Assembly: GCA_016873635.1 (NCBI GenBank)
Contig: VGWJ01000008.1
Location: 6,078-70,077, forward strand
Length of the DNA stretch: 64,000 bases
Reading direction: 5' to 3'
Origin: Lentisphaerota bacterium
Lineage (GTDB): Bacteria; Verrucomicrobiota; Kiritimatiellia; UBA8416; VGWJ01
Each line of letters begins with the position of its first letter. The stretch's first letter is position 1. The notes beneath the pieces were generated by a model. The model was not told the origin of the DNA, did not search any database, and saw only the letters and a list, made by a program, of their open reading frames with translations. Both the position numbers and the translations under genes were made by a program. Shown here in pieces: positions 26,980 to 35,940 of the stretch.

Positions 26980-28614
26980 ATGGACGCCAGGGAAAAACGC
27001 AGGCGCGTGATGGCGCGCTCGATCAAGCTGGGGCACTGCGTGTGCGACCCGCGCAAGCCGTGCCCGTGTCCGCTCTTCAAGGAAAAGAACATCTGCACCT
27101 GCGCCGGAGAGCGCGTGCCTCCGGAGAGCGAAGGCCGCCCCGTGCGCCTCACCGCGTTCGTGCGCAGCGCCGGCTGCGCCAGCAAGATCAGCCAGAAGGA
27201 TCTGCACCAGGTCCTGGCCATGCTGCCCGTCGTGCGGGACCCCCGGCTGGTGGTGGGCATGGCCACCGCCGACGACGCCGGCGTCTTCCGGCTGCGTCCC
27301 GACCTCACCATCGTGCAGACCGTGGACGTCTTCACGCCCGGCGTGGACGACCCGCGCCTCTTCGGCCGCATCGCGGCCTGCAATTCGCTGAGCGACGTCT
27401 ATGCCATGGGCGGCCGGCCGGTCACGGCGCTGTCCGTGATCGGGTTTCCGATCTACGCGCTGCCGGCCGAGGCCATGGCCGAAATCCTGCGCGGCGGCAT
27501 GGAAGTGCTCGCCGAAGCGGGCGTGGTGCTCCTGGGCGGGCACAGCATCAACGACGAGGAAGTCAAGTTCGGGTTTGCCGTGACGGGCCTGGTGACGGAC
27601 GCGGAGCTGGTGACCAACGCCGGCGCCAGGCCCGGCGACCTGCTCGTTCTCACCAAGCCGCTGGGCACGGGTATCGTGTCGCTCGCCAACCAGCTCGGCA
27701 AGGCGTCGCCCGAAAGCCTTGACGCGATTGCCGCCTCGATGTCCACCCTCAACCGGGCGGCAGCCGAGTGCATGACGCGCCACGGCGCGACCGCCTGCAC
27801 GGATGTCACCGGCTTCGGGTTCCTGGGACACCTGTGCCGGGTGGTGCGCGAGAGCCGCGTCACGGCCGAAATCTGGGCCGAAGCGCTGCCCTTCTTCCCC
27901 GGCGCCGTGGAGTACGCCCGGCAGGGCATGTTCTCCGGCGCCAACGAACGCAACGCGGAATACAGCGCCGCCGTGACGCGCTTCGACGACGGCATCGGCG
28001 AGGAGATCAAGGCCCTGCTCTTCGACGCCCAGACCTCGGGCGGGCTGCTGATTGCCGTGCCCGGGGAGCGGGCCAAAGCCATGCTCGCGGACATGCGCGC
28101 GTCAGGCGTGAACGACGCGGTCGCCGTCGGCGAGATCCTGGATGCGTCCGCGGGCGCGATCAGCGTCGTCGGGCAACGGCCCTCCCGCGCGCGCGCGAAT
28201 CACACCGGGCCGGCGCGGCAGACCACCGGCCATGCGGACGCCACGGCCGCCACTTCAAAGGAGGAACCCATGCAAGATAAGGACAGCGGCGCCGCAAGCG
28301 CCGGCCGGGAGGAATGCTGCGCGCACGGTTCGGGCGCGCCGGCGCAGGCCCTCAAGATGTTCCAGGATTTCATGGGCACGGCTTTGCAGCCGGGCGCCGT
28401 GGACGTCGTGACCAAGGAACTGATGGCCGTGGCGCTGGGCCTGGCCGTCAACTGCGAACCGTGCTCCCGCATCCACGTCCGCAAGGCCCGCTCCATGGGC
28501 ATCGGCAACGCGGAGCTCGAAGAGGCCGCCGCGCTGGCCGTGGCCTTCGCCGGCTGCCGCGCCTTGATGCTCTGGAGCCGGATGAAGAAGGAGGTCCTGG
28601 AAAGCGGAATCTGA
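26980..28614 (+). CDS. selD: selenide, water dikinase (SelD, Cys-type) with Cys-rich N-terminal extension, fused in-frame to a C-terminal AhpD-like (carboxymuconolactone decarboxylase family) domain
   Basis: SelD core: SAGCASKI (catalytic Cys loop), SDVYAMGG, and AIR-synthase-like domains to ~28180. N-terminus HCVCDPRKPCPCPLFKEKNICTC has six Cys in CxC pairs. After a low-complexity linker, an AhpD-like domain 28270-28614 with NCEPCSRIH (CxxCxxxH) is preceded by AAAGGAGGAA and an in-frame ATG. Confidence 0.85.
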   Translation: MDAREKRRRVMARSIKLGHCVCDPRKPCPCPLFKEKNICTCAGERVPPESEGRPVRLTAFVRSAGCASKISQKDLHQVLAMLPVVRDPRLVVGMATADDAGVFRLRPDLTIVQTVDVFTPGVDDPRLFGRIAACNSLSDVYAMGGRPVTALSVIGFPIYALPAEAMAEILRGGMEVLAEAGVVLLGGHSINDEEVKFGFAVTGLVTDAELVTNAGARPGDLLVLTKPLGTGIVSLANQLGKASPESLDAIAASMSTLNRAAAECMTRHGATACTDVTGFGFLGHLCRVVRESRVTAEIWAEALPFFPGAVEYARQGMFSGANERNAEYSAAVTRFDDGIGEEIKALLFDAQTSGGLLIAVPGERAKAMLADMRASGVNDAVAVGEILDASAGAISVVGQRPSRARANHTGPARQTTGHADATAATSKEEPMQDKDSGAASAGREECCAHGSGAPAQALKMFQDFMGTALQPGAVDVVTKELMAVALGLAVNCEPCSRIHVRKARSMGIGNAELEEAAALAVAFAGCRALMLWSRMKKEVLESGI

Positions 28615-28707
28615 ACAGATTGCTCGGTTGTCTTCGTTGCCTTCTGTTCAGGTTCCCCTCTCGTCTCCTCCGCGTCTCCGTGCTGAATCCCTCTCTCACT
28701 TCCTGCG

Positions 28708-30078
28708 CTACGCCGCCGGCGGCCTGGGCAGTCCCTCCATCGAAGCCAGTGAGCGCGTCAGCATCTCTTCCGGCAGCGCGAAATCCGAGAGTTTCCCGTC
28801 CAGGTAGGCCTGGTAGCCCGTGAGGTCCATCAGGCCGTGGCCCGACCAGTTGAACAGGATGACTCTCTTCTTGCCTTCCTCGCGCGCTTTTTCCGCTTCC
28901 CTGATCGCCATCGCGATGGCGTGCGAAGTCTCGGGCGCGGGTATGAAGCCCTCGGTGTGGGCGAACTTCATGGCCGCCCCGTAGCATTCCATCTGGTGCA
29001 GCGCCTGCGCCTCGATCAATCCCTCGCGCAGCACGTGGCTCACCAGCGGGGCCATGCCGTGGTAGCGCAGCCCGCCCGCGTGGATCGGCGGCGGAACGAA
29101 CGTGTGGCCGAGGCTGTACATGGCCAGCAGCGGCGTCATCATCGCCACGTCGCCCGAATCGTAGACGTAGGGCGCCCGCGTCAGGGTCGGGCAAGCCGCC
29201 GGCTCGACGGCGATCACGCGCACGTTCCGGCCGGCCATCTTGTCGCACACGAACGGGAAGCTCAGCCCGGCGAAGTTGGATCCGCCGCCCGCGCAACCGA
29301 TGACCACGTCGGGATAGAGACCGAGCATCTCCATCTGTTTCTTCGCCTCCAGGCCGATGATCGTCTGGTGCATGAGCACGTGGTTGAGCACGCTGCCCAG
29401 CGCGTAGCGCGTATTCTTGCCCGTGACCGCCGCCTCGATGGCTTCGCTTATGGCGATGCCCAGGCTGCCCGGCGTGTCGGGGTCTTTTTCGAGAATCGCG
29501 CGACCGGCGTTGGTTTCCCGGCTGGGGCTCGCCACGCACTCCGCTCCCCAGGTGCGCATCATGATCTTCCGGAACGGCTTCTGATCGAAGCTGATCCGGA
29601 CCATGTACACCTTGCATTCCAGCCCGAGCAGTTTGCAGCCGAACGCCAGGGCGCTGCCCCACTGCCCGGCGCCGGTCTCGGTCGTGAGGCGCTTGATGCC
29701 GAACTCGCGGTTGTAGTAGGCCTGGGCCACCGCCGTGTTGGGCTTGTGGCTGCCCGGCGGCGACACGCCCTCGTTCTTGTAAAGGATGATGGCCGGCGTC
29801 TTCAGGGCCTGTTCCAGCCGGCGCGCGCGGTAGAGGGGCGAAGGCCGCCACAGCTTCAGGATGCCGAGGATTTCCTCGGGAATGTCGATCCAGCGCCTGG
29901 TGCTGACCTCCTGCTCGATCAGGTTCATCGGGAATACCGGCGCCAGCGCGTCCGGCCCGATCGGCTTGCCGTTCTTGTCAACGGGCGGCGGCACAGGCTT
30001 CTTCAGGTCCGCCTGAATGTTGTACCACTGCCGCGGAATCTCGTCGTCCTTCAATACGACCTTGACCAGTTCACTCAT
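28708..30078 (-). CDS. trpB: tryptophan synthase beta-like PLP-dependent enzyme (TrpB2 type)
   Basis: Start MSELVKVV with GAGGAG RBS. PLP-Lys motif [14 protein letters not shown]. About 457 aa, typical TrpB2 length. Confidence 0.8.
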   Translation of the reverse strand: MSELVKVVLKDDEIPRQWYNIQADLKKPVPPPVDKNGKPIGPDALAPVFPMNLIEQEVSTRRWIDIPEEILGILKLWRPSPLYRARRLEQALKTPAIILYKNEGVSPPGSHKPNTAVAQAYYNREFGIKRLTTETGAGQWGSALAFGCKLLGLECKVYMVRISFDQKPFRKIMMRTWGAECVASPSRETNAGRAILEKDPDTPGSLGIAISEAIEAAVTGKNTRYALGSVLNHVLMHQTIIGLEAKKQMEMLGLYPDVVIGCAGGGSNFAGLSFPFVCDKMAGRNVRVIAVEPAACPTLTRAPYVYDSGDVAMMTPLLAMYSLGHTFVPPPIHAGGLRYHGMAPLVSHVLREGLIEAQALHQMECYGAAMKFAHTEGFIPAPETSHAIAMAIREAEKAREEGKKRVILFNWSGHGLMDLTGYQAYLDGKLSDFALPEEMLTRSLASMEGLPRPPAA

Positions 30079-30159
30079 GTCTCTTCTCCTCGCTATGTAG
30101 CTCCTGGCGCCCCCTGCCCCCTGACTTACCTCCGCAGTTCCCCCGCGAGCGGAGGAGAG

Positions 30160-30242
30160 TGCCGGAGGAGGGAATCGAACCCCCACGAGGTTGCCCTCGG
30201 CAGATTTTGAGTCTGCTGCGTCTACCGTTCCGCCACTCCGGC
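30160..30242 (-). tRNA. tRNA-Leu (anticodon CAA), type II with long variable arm; CCA not encoded
   Basis: Reverse complement GCCGGAGTGGCGGAACGGTAGACGCAGCAGA-CTCAAAA-TCTGCCGAGGGCAACCTCGTGGGGGTTCGATTCCCTCCTCCGGCA. The 7-bp acceptor, D, anticodon and T arms pair properly. Confidence 0.9.
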
Positions 30243-30487
30243 TCAATGACTTACGCAAGCTCGCGGAACCACTGCCGCGCCCTTCTTGCCGTCTTTCACC
30301 AGACTTGCAGCCTGGTGGTGCGGGGCGGTGCAGGCCGATAGAAGGAGCACAGTAGCAAACCGCCTTAGGGTCATACAACTTCTGAATGTGATCGGTCAGC
30401 GCGCAAGGGGTCGGAAGCTGTGCAAAGATCGGATCGGAGCGGTCCGCGAGGCCGCAGACCCTCCCGTTTCCTGAAAAAAACAGGGCT

Positions 30488-30522
30488 GGGAGGGACGGCG
30501 GCCTCGCCGTCCGCGTTTTTTC
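30488..30522. terminator. intrinsic terminator hairpin (GGACGGCG-gcct-CGCCGTCC) followed by TTTTTT on the plus strand and preceded by an A7 run
   Basis: aaaaaaacagggctgggagggacggcggcctcgccgtccgcgttttttcac read directly. Canonical on the plus strand; on the minus strand the U-tract is 12 nt from the stem. Confidence 0.6.
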
Positions 30523-30530
30523 ACGACTTC

Positions 30531-30932
30531 TCAGAGCGTGCTCGCCCACCGGGATGGCGCGTTCGATCGGGCCAGCCAGTCCTTCAGGCGGCGCCGCAGC
30601 GGCGCCGGCTCCAGGCCGGATGCGTCTATTTCGTCCAGGTCCGTCCACCGGAATTCGATCTTCGGCTCGCGTGATTGCGGCGGCCGAGACGACTCCAGGC
30701 CGGCGATCTCCATCTCAAAGACGACATTCAGCTCGTGCCGCCGTTGACCCTTCTGCATGAAGGCATGCTCCACCGCGCCCAGAAAACGCTTCACGACCGA
30801 TTCGCGCCCCATTTCCTCGCGGATTTCCCTGACCAGCGCGGCTTCCGCGCTTTCGCCGAACTCAACGTGTCCGCCCGGCAGATAGGTAATCGTCTTGCCG
30901 CGCCCGCGGCACAGCAGAAGACGGCCTTCCAT
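30531..30932 (-). CDS. NUDIX hydrolase
   Basis: Nudix box [23 protein letters not shown]. About 133 aa from Met35 of the ORF. Confidence 0.8.
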   Translation of the reverse strand: MEGRLLLCRGRGKTITYLPGGHVEFGESAEAALVREIREEMGRESVVKRFLGAVEHAFMQKGQRRHELNVVFEMEIAGLESSRPPQSREPKIEFRWTDLDEIDASGLEPAPLRRRLKDWLARSNAPSRWASTL

Positions 30933-30970
30933 CACGCAGACGCCGCGGCTGAGCAATTCGATGCCGGCTT

Positions 30971-32293
30971 TCAGTTCTTCTCCTCCTCCCGCCGCAACAC
31001 TTCGCCCGCCAGGAAAAGCGAACCGGCCACGCACACCAACCCCTTCTCCGCCCGCGCCCAGGCGATCGCCTCATCCATCGCCGACGCCAGCGTCGCGGCC
31101 CGCGCCGGCCATCCGAACGGACGGACGATCTCCAGGATCCGTTCGGGCGGCGTGCTGCGCTCCGACTCGATGGGCACGGCCCAGAATTGCCGGACCAGCC
31201 TCTTGAACGGCTCGAAAAAACCGCGCGCGTCCTTGTCGGCGCACAGGCCCGCAATCAGCGCCACGGGCATCCCGCGGGCCGTCGCCGCCAGCGCGCGCGC
31301 CAGGGCCTCTCCCGCCCCGGGATTGTGCGCGCCGTCCACGATCACGGGCGGATCGCGCCGGATGGCCTGGAACCTGGCGGGCCACCATACGGAAGCAATG
31401 CCCTCGCGGACGGCCTCCGGCGGGAAGCTCACGCCGATGACGCCGCCCAGCGTCTCGATCGCGGCCACGGCGATCGCGAGATTCTCAAGCTGGTGCGCGC
31501 CCGCCAGTCCGAACTTGACGGTTCCGTACGAGGCATTGGCGCTTTCCACGGCCACCTTCTGACCGAATGCGTCGGCCGAGACCGCGCGGATGGAGACGGC
31601 CTCGGGCGCATAGACAAGCGGACATCCCTTGCGCCGCGCCTCCCGTCGGATAACGTCCAGGGCCTGCGCGTCGGTGGCGCCGCAGACCACCGGAACGCCC
31701 GGCTTGAGGATGCCGCATTTCTCCGCGGCGATGGACGCGATGTCCGGCCCCAGGTGCGCGCTGTGGTCGATGCTGATCCGGGTCAAGGCCGTCAGCGCCG
31801 GCTGCACCACGTTGGTGGCGTCGAGCCGTCCGCCCATGCCCGTTTCCAGCACGACCATCCGCGCGCCCGCGTCGCGGAAATGGCGCAGGGCCATCGCCGT
31901 GGCGCATTCAAAAAACGTCGGCGCGTGGCCCGTGGCGGCCGTCACCTCTTCCGCCGCCGCCTCGACCGCCGCCACGAGCGGCCCCAGCTCTTCGTCCGTG
32001 ATGCAGCGCCCGTCAACCATGATCCGCTCGTTGAATCGCACCAGGTGGGGCGAGGTGTTCAGCCCCGCGCGGATACCGGCCGCCCGCAGGATCGACGCCG
32101 CGAGGGCGCAGACCGAGCCCTTGCCGTTGGTCCCCGCCACGTGGATGACCGCGCAGGCCAGATGCGGGTTGCCGAGCCGTTCCAGCAGCGCCCGGACCGT
32201 ATCGAGCCCAAGCTTGATTCCGAACGTGCGGCGGGCATAAAGCCGCCGCATGGCTTCGGCGTTGGAATCGCGCTTCCTGGCTGTCGCTTGCAT
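30971..32293 (-). CDS. folC: bifunctional folylpolyglutamate synthase / dihydrofolate synthase
   Basis: Start MQATARK. P-loop GTNGKGS. Mur-ligase-like domains. The ORF extension to 33001 is rejected. Confidence 0.85.
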   Translation of the reverse strand: MQATARKRDSNAEAMRRLYARRTFGIKLGLDTVRALLERLGNPHLACAVIHVAGTNGKGSVCALAASILRAAGIRAGLNTSPHLVRFNERIMVDGRCITDEELGPLVAAVEAAAEEVTAATGHAPTFFECATAMALRHFRDAGARMVVLETGMGGRLDATNVVQPALTALTRISIDHSAHLGPDIASIAAEKCGILKPGVPVVCGATDAQALDVIRREARRKGCPLVYAPEAVSIRAVSADAFGQKVAVESANASYGTVKFGLAGAHQLENLAIAVAAIETLGGVIGVSFPPEAVREGIASVWWPARFQAIRRDPPVIVDGAHNPGAGEALARALAATARGMPVALIAGLCADKDARGFFEPFKRLVRQFWAVPIESERSTPPERILEIVRPFGWPARAATLASAMDEAIAWARAEKGLVCVAGSLFLAGEVLRREEEKN

Positions 32294-32376
32294 GCTGTTC
32301 CCCGGTCTTGTGCCGCCGGCATCCCGCGGAGTTCCGCGCCGTTCCGCGGGGGCGCGCGGCGGGGCTTCGCGCCGCG

Positions 32377-33096
32377 TCAGCCTCTTGCCACCGTGGCCAC
32401 GTACACGCCTGAGGCGCCGGCCTTCCTGAGGACGCGGGCGCACTCGTTCACGGTCGCGCCCGTGGTCATGACGTCGTCTATCAGCAGGACGGTCCGGCCC
32501 CGGATCCACTCCGGCATGGTCACCCGGAAGGCGTCCCGGACATTGGCGCGGCGTTGAAACGCGCTCAGCCCGGTCTGCGTCGGCGTGGGGCGCACGCGGC
32601 GCAGGCAGTTCGCGACGGGCGGGAAACCGTTCAGGCGGCTCAGCGCCCGCGCCAGCAGGCCGGCCTGGTTGTACGTGCGCTCCCGCTCCTTCAGACGGTG
32701 CAGCGGCACGTAGGTCAGCGCATCGAAGCGCACGCGGCCGTAGTGGACGCCGACGCAGGCGGCCAGCAGCGGCGTCAGGTCGGCGGCCAGGCACGCCATG
32801 CTCCGGTACTTGAACGCCTGCAGGACCGCGTTCAGCGGCCTGCGATAGCGCGCCGCCGAGCGCGCCAGGTCGAAGTGCGGGCGATGCCCGGCGCACGAGG
32901 AGCATGTGAACGCATGCCCCGTTTCGGCCTCGACGGGATCGCCGCAGACCCGGCACAGCGCTCCGCCCAGGATGTCCATCCGCGTTCGGCAGTCCCAGCA
33001 CACGTGGCGGCCGCCGCGGCCCGGCTCCCGCCCGCAGGCCGCGCAGGTCCGCGGATAGACGAGGTCGAGCAGATGATGCAGCAGCGGCAGTTGCAT
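32377..33096 (-). CDS. comFC: ComF family protein (zinc-finger + phosphoribosyltransferase-like domain)
   Basis: CxxC...CxxC N-terminus. PRTase motif VLLIDDVMTTGATV. Confidence 0.75.
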   Translation of the reverse strand: MQLPLLHHLLDLVYPRTCAACGREPGRGGRHVCWDCRTRMDILGGALCRVCGDPVEAETGHAFTCSSCAGHRPHFDLARSAARYRRPLNAVLQAFKYRSMACLAADLTPLLAACVGVHYGRVRFDALTYVPLHRLKERERTYNQAGLLARALSRLNGFPPVANCLRRVRPTPTQTGLSAFQRRANVRDAFRVTMPEWIRGRTVLLIDDVMTTGATVNECARVLRKAGASGVYVATVARG

Positions 33097-33103
33097 ATCC
33101 GAC

Positions 33104-33985
33104 TCACGGCAAATACTTGCCCACGAGCGGCGCCATCCGGCGGCGCAGCTCGTCCGGAACGACCGCCGGGTCGGTGATAATGGCGCTGCGCAGCGCGGCG
33201 CCGCAGGCGCAGTCCCGCGACTCCGGCAGGGCGCGCACGACGCCCTGGAGAATCTCCCTGGCGAGGGCCGTGTTGGCGCGGAGGTGCCCGATGAGCATTT
33301 CCACGGACACCTCCGCCTCTTCGGCGTGCCAGCAGTCGTAATCGGTCACCATGGCCACGGGCTGGTAGCAGATCTCGGCCTCGCGGCACAGCTTGGCCTC
33401 GGCCAGGCTGGTCATGCCGATCACGTCGAACCCGAAGCGCCGGTAGACGGAGGACTCCGCCTTGGTCGAGAACGCGGGGCCTTCCATGTTCACGTAGGTT
33501 CCGCCGCAATGCACGCGCGTGCCGCAGCCGCGGCCTTTGCCCGCCACCGTTTCGCGCGCCACGTCGCGGACGGTCTTGCGCAGCGCGGGGCACGTCGGCT
33601 CGCCGAAAGCCACGTGCGCGACCAGGCCGCCGCCGAAGAACGTGTGGTTCGCCGAAGTCTTTGTCCGGTCGAAATACTGATCGGGGAGAACGATGTCCCG
33701 GGGCCGCATGTTCTCCTTGAGGCTGCCGACGGCGCTGATCGAGATTATGCGCTCCACCCCCAGCAGCTTGAACCCGAAAATGTTGGCGCGGTGGTTCAGC
33801 TCCGAGGGCATGAGGCGGTGTCCCACGCCGTGCCGCGGCAGGAAGTGGATTTCGCGCCCCGCCAGCACGCCTCGCACGTACGCGTCCGAGGGCGCGCCGA
33901 AGGGCGTGTCAACCGTCTCCCTTGCGACATCGTGCAGCCCCTCCAGATCATACAGCCCGCTTCCTCCGATGATGCCGATTTTCAT
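33104..33985 (-). CDS. mtnP: S-methyl-5'-thioadenosine phosphorylase
   Basis: MKIGIIGGSGL, RHGVGHRLMPSELNHRANIFGFKLLGV (PNP/MTAP family). The ATG overlaps the upstream lpxL stop (ATGA). Confidence 0.85.
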   Translation of the reverse strand: MKIGIIGGSGLYDLEGLHDVARETVDTPFGAPSDAYVRGVLAGREIHFLPRHGVGHRLMPSELNHRANIFGFKLLGVERIISISAVGSLKENMRPRDIVLPDQYFDRTKTSANHTFFGGGLVAHVAFGEPTCPALRKTVRDVARETVAGKGRGCGTRVHCGGTYVNMEGPAFSTKAESSVYRRFGFDVIGMTSLAEAKLCREAEICYQPVAMVTDYDCWHAEEAEVSVEMLIGHLRANTALAREILQGVVRALPESRDCACGAALRSAIITDPAVVPDELRRRMAPLVGKYLP

Positions 33986-34965
33986 GCTCCGCGCGTCTCC
34001 CTTCCGGGCGTCACGGCCCCCGCCTGGCTTTCGGTTTTCGGCGTCCGGTCTCCGGAACAGACCGGACGGGCGTAAAACGGATAGCGCGTCCGGTCCGCGC
34101 CGGGCGGGACGTATTTCCAGCGCTTGTACGTCCACATCCACTGGCCGGGGTATTTGCGTATCACGTCTTCCATGGTCAGCGCAAGCGTCCGCGTGAGGTT
34201 GCGGTCGTCCGCCGCGAAAAGCGGCAGCCCGCGGACGGTGTAGCGTCCGTCGTCGTCGGCCGTGCAGAACATGAACATCACCGGCGCGCCGGTCTTGGCG
34301 CGCAGCGCCGCGGCGGCCCGTGACACGGGCGCCGGTACGCCGAAGAGCGTCACGAATTCGCCGCCCTCCGACGGCAACGTGTTCTGGTCCATGATCAGCC
34401 CGACGCGCCCGCCCCGGCGCAGCGTCTGCAGCAGCCTCCGCACCGCCCCCCGCCGGTAGGCCACCCCCTGCCCCGTGCGCCCCCGGATGCGGTTCAGGAT
34501 GCGGTCCGCCGCGCGGTTGGAGAGCGGCGCGGCCACGCTGACCGCCGGCGCGCCGCGCAGGGCCAGCGCCTGCCCCATGATCTCCCAGTTGCCGATATGC
34601 GCCGACACGCCGATCAGCGGCGCCGTGTCGAAGTAGGCCGCGCACGAAACGTCAAAGCGCACATTCTCCCGGACGCGCCGTTCGCTCCGGCGCCCGAACC
34701 ACAGCAGATCGAGAATCACCAGCGCGCTGGTGCGGAAGGATTCGCGCGCAATCGCGGCGCGTTCGCCGGGCGTCCGCTCCCCGCCGAGCGCCAGGTCCAG
34801 GTTCGCCAGCGCCACGCGCCGCAGACGCCCCGACGCGCGGTATGCCGCCGCGCCCAGCGCGCGCGCCAGCCGCGCCACGCCGGACCGGGGCAGGAGCGGG
34901 ACAATCAGAAAGGCCAGGCGAAGCAGCAACGACTCGCCGGCTTCGCGGAATATGCGAATCCTCAT
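33982..34965 (-). CDS. lpxL: lipid A biosynthesis (Kdo2-lipid IVA) lauroyl/myristoyl acyltransferase, LpxL/HtrB family
   Basis: N-terminal TM. HIGNWE acyltransferase motif. LPLAT-family fold. Confidence 0.75.
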   Translation of the reverse strand: MRIRIFREAGESLLLRLAFLIVPLLPRSGVARLARALGAAAYRASGRLRRVALANLDLALGGERTPGERAAIARESFRTSALVILDLLWFGRRSERRVRENVRFDVSCAAYFDTAPLIGVSAHIGNWEIMGQALALRGAPAVSVAAPLSNRAADRILNRIRGRTGQGVAYRRGAVRRLLQTLRRGGRVGLIMDQNTLPSEGGEFVTLFGVPAPVSRAAAALRAKTGAPVMFMFCTADDDGRYTVRGLPLFAADDRNLTRTLALTMEDVIRKYPGQWMWTYKRWKYVPPGADRTRYPFYARPVCSGDRTPKTESQAGAVTPGRETRGA

Positions 34966-35002
34966 GGGGCCGCATGCCGATTCGTTAACGCGAGCGAAAA
35001 AA

Positions 35003-35078
35003 TGGTGAGCCGTGCAGGAATCGAACCTGCGACCCGCGCCTTAAAAGGGCGCTGCTCTGCCTGCTGAGCTAACGGCCC
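35003..35078 (-). tRNA. tRNA-Lys (anticodon UUU), CCA encoded
   Basis: Reverse complement GGGCCGTTAGCTCAGCAGGCAGAGCAGCGCC-CTTTTAA-GGCGCGGGTCGCAGGTTCGATTCCTGCACGGCTCACCA. Cloverleaf pairs correctly. 76 nt. Confidence 0.9.
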
Positions 35079-35138
35079 ACCGCCGGGACCAGACCTTAGA
35101 GGACCTCCGCGCCGCCTGTCAACCCCGCGGACAACCGG

Positions 35139-35867
35139 TCAACCGGACCGCGGGCGGGACCTGCTGTCGCCGCCGATGCGGCGCAGGGCGGCCAGCGCGG
35201 CGTCGGATTCGGCGTCCTGTTTGCTGGGGCCTTTTCCCGTGCCGCGCACGCGTCCGCCGACGATTGCCTCCACGGTGAAGATCGAAGCGTGCGGCGGGCC
35301 GTCCCTGCGCACAACCTTGTATTGCGGCGCGCTGCGCCAGCGGCGCTGCGAAACTTCCTGCAGCTTGCCCTTGGGGTTGTCCACCCACACGTCGCCGTCC
35401 AGGGCGACCAGCAGCGGCATCAGCAGGCGCTTGAACACGCGCTGCGCCCCGCTCACGCCGCCGTCGCAGTACACGGCGCCCACCACGGCTTCAAACGCAT
35501 CGGCCAGCGTGGACTCGCGCCTGCGCCCTCCGCATTTCTCCTCCCCTCTGCCCATGCGCATGTAGGCGCCCAGGTCGATCGCGCCCGCGATCTCGGCAAA
35601 AGCCCGGCCGCTGTTGGTGCGGCTGCGGAACGCCGTGAGGTCGCCCTCGCGGCATTCCTGAAAATGCTCGTGCAGATAAGCCGCCGTCAGGAAGCCGAGC
35701 ACGGCGTCGCCCAGGAACTCCAGGCGCTGGTTATCCACTTCAACCGACGGATTCTCCGACCGGTAGGAGCGATGCGTCAGCGCCGCCTCAAGCCAGCGCC
35801 GGCGCCTGAACCTGTAGCCTATGCTCTTTTCCAGCGCCCGATAGGGATTCCCGAGCCGGACTGCCAT
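35139..35867 (-). CDS. rnc: ribonuclease III
   Basis: ERLEFLGDAVLG RNase III signature. C-terminal dsRBD. Confidence 0.9.
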   Translation of the reverse strand: MAVRLGNPYRALEKSIGYRFRRRRWLEAALTHRSYRSENPSVEVDNQRLEFLGDAVLGFLTAAYLHEHFQECREGDLTAFRSRTNSGRAFAEIAGAIDLGAYMRMGRGEEKCGGRRRESTLADAFEAVVGAVYCDGGVSGAQRVFKRLLMPLLVALDGDVWVDNPKGKLQEVSQRRWRSAPQYKVVRRDGPPHASIFTVEAIVGGRVRGTGKGPSKQDAESDAALAALRRIGGDSRSRPRSG

Positions 35868-35940
35868 CGTCTTTCCCTCCTTCCCTTGTGTGCCGCCGCC
35901 AGCCTTCGGCGTTCCCGACGCCGACTCCGCTTCGCGCGCC

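Noticed and set aside
30971-33001. 676-aa ORF suggesting a folC fusion with upstream sequence
   Set aside because: FolC homology starts at MQATARK (32293). The upstream part lies antisense to or out of frame with comF and shows no domain signature.
33104-34645. 513-aa extended MtnP ORF
   Set aside because: MTAP homology starts at MKIGIIGGSG (33985). The extension overlaps lpxL in another frame.
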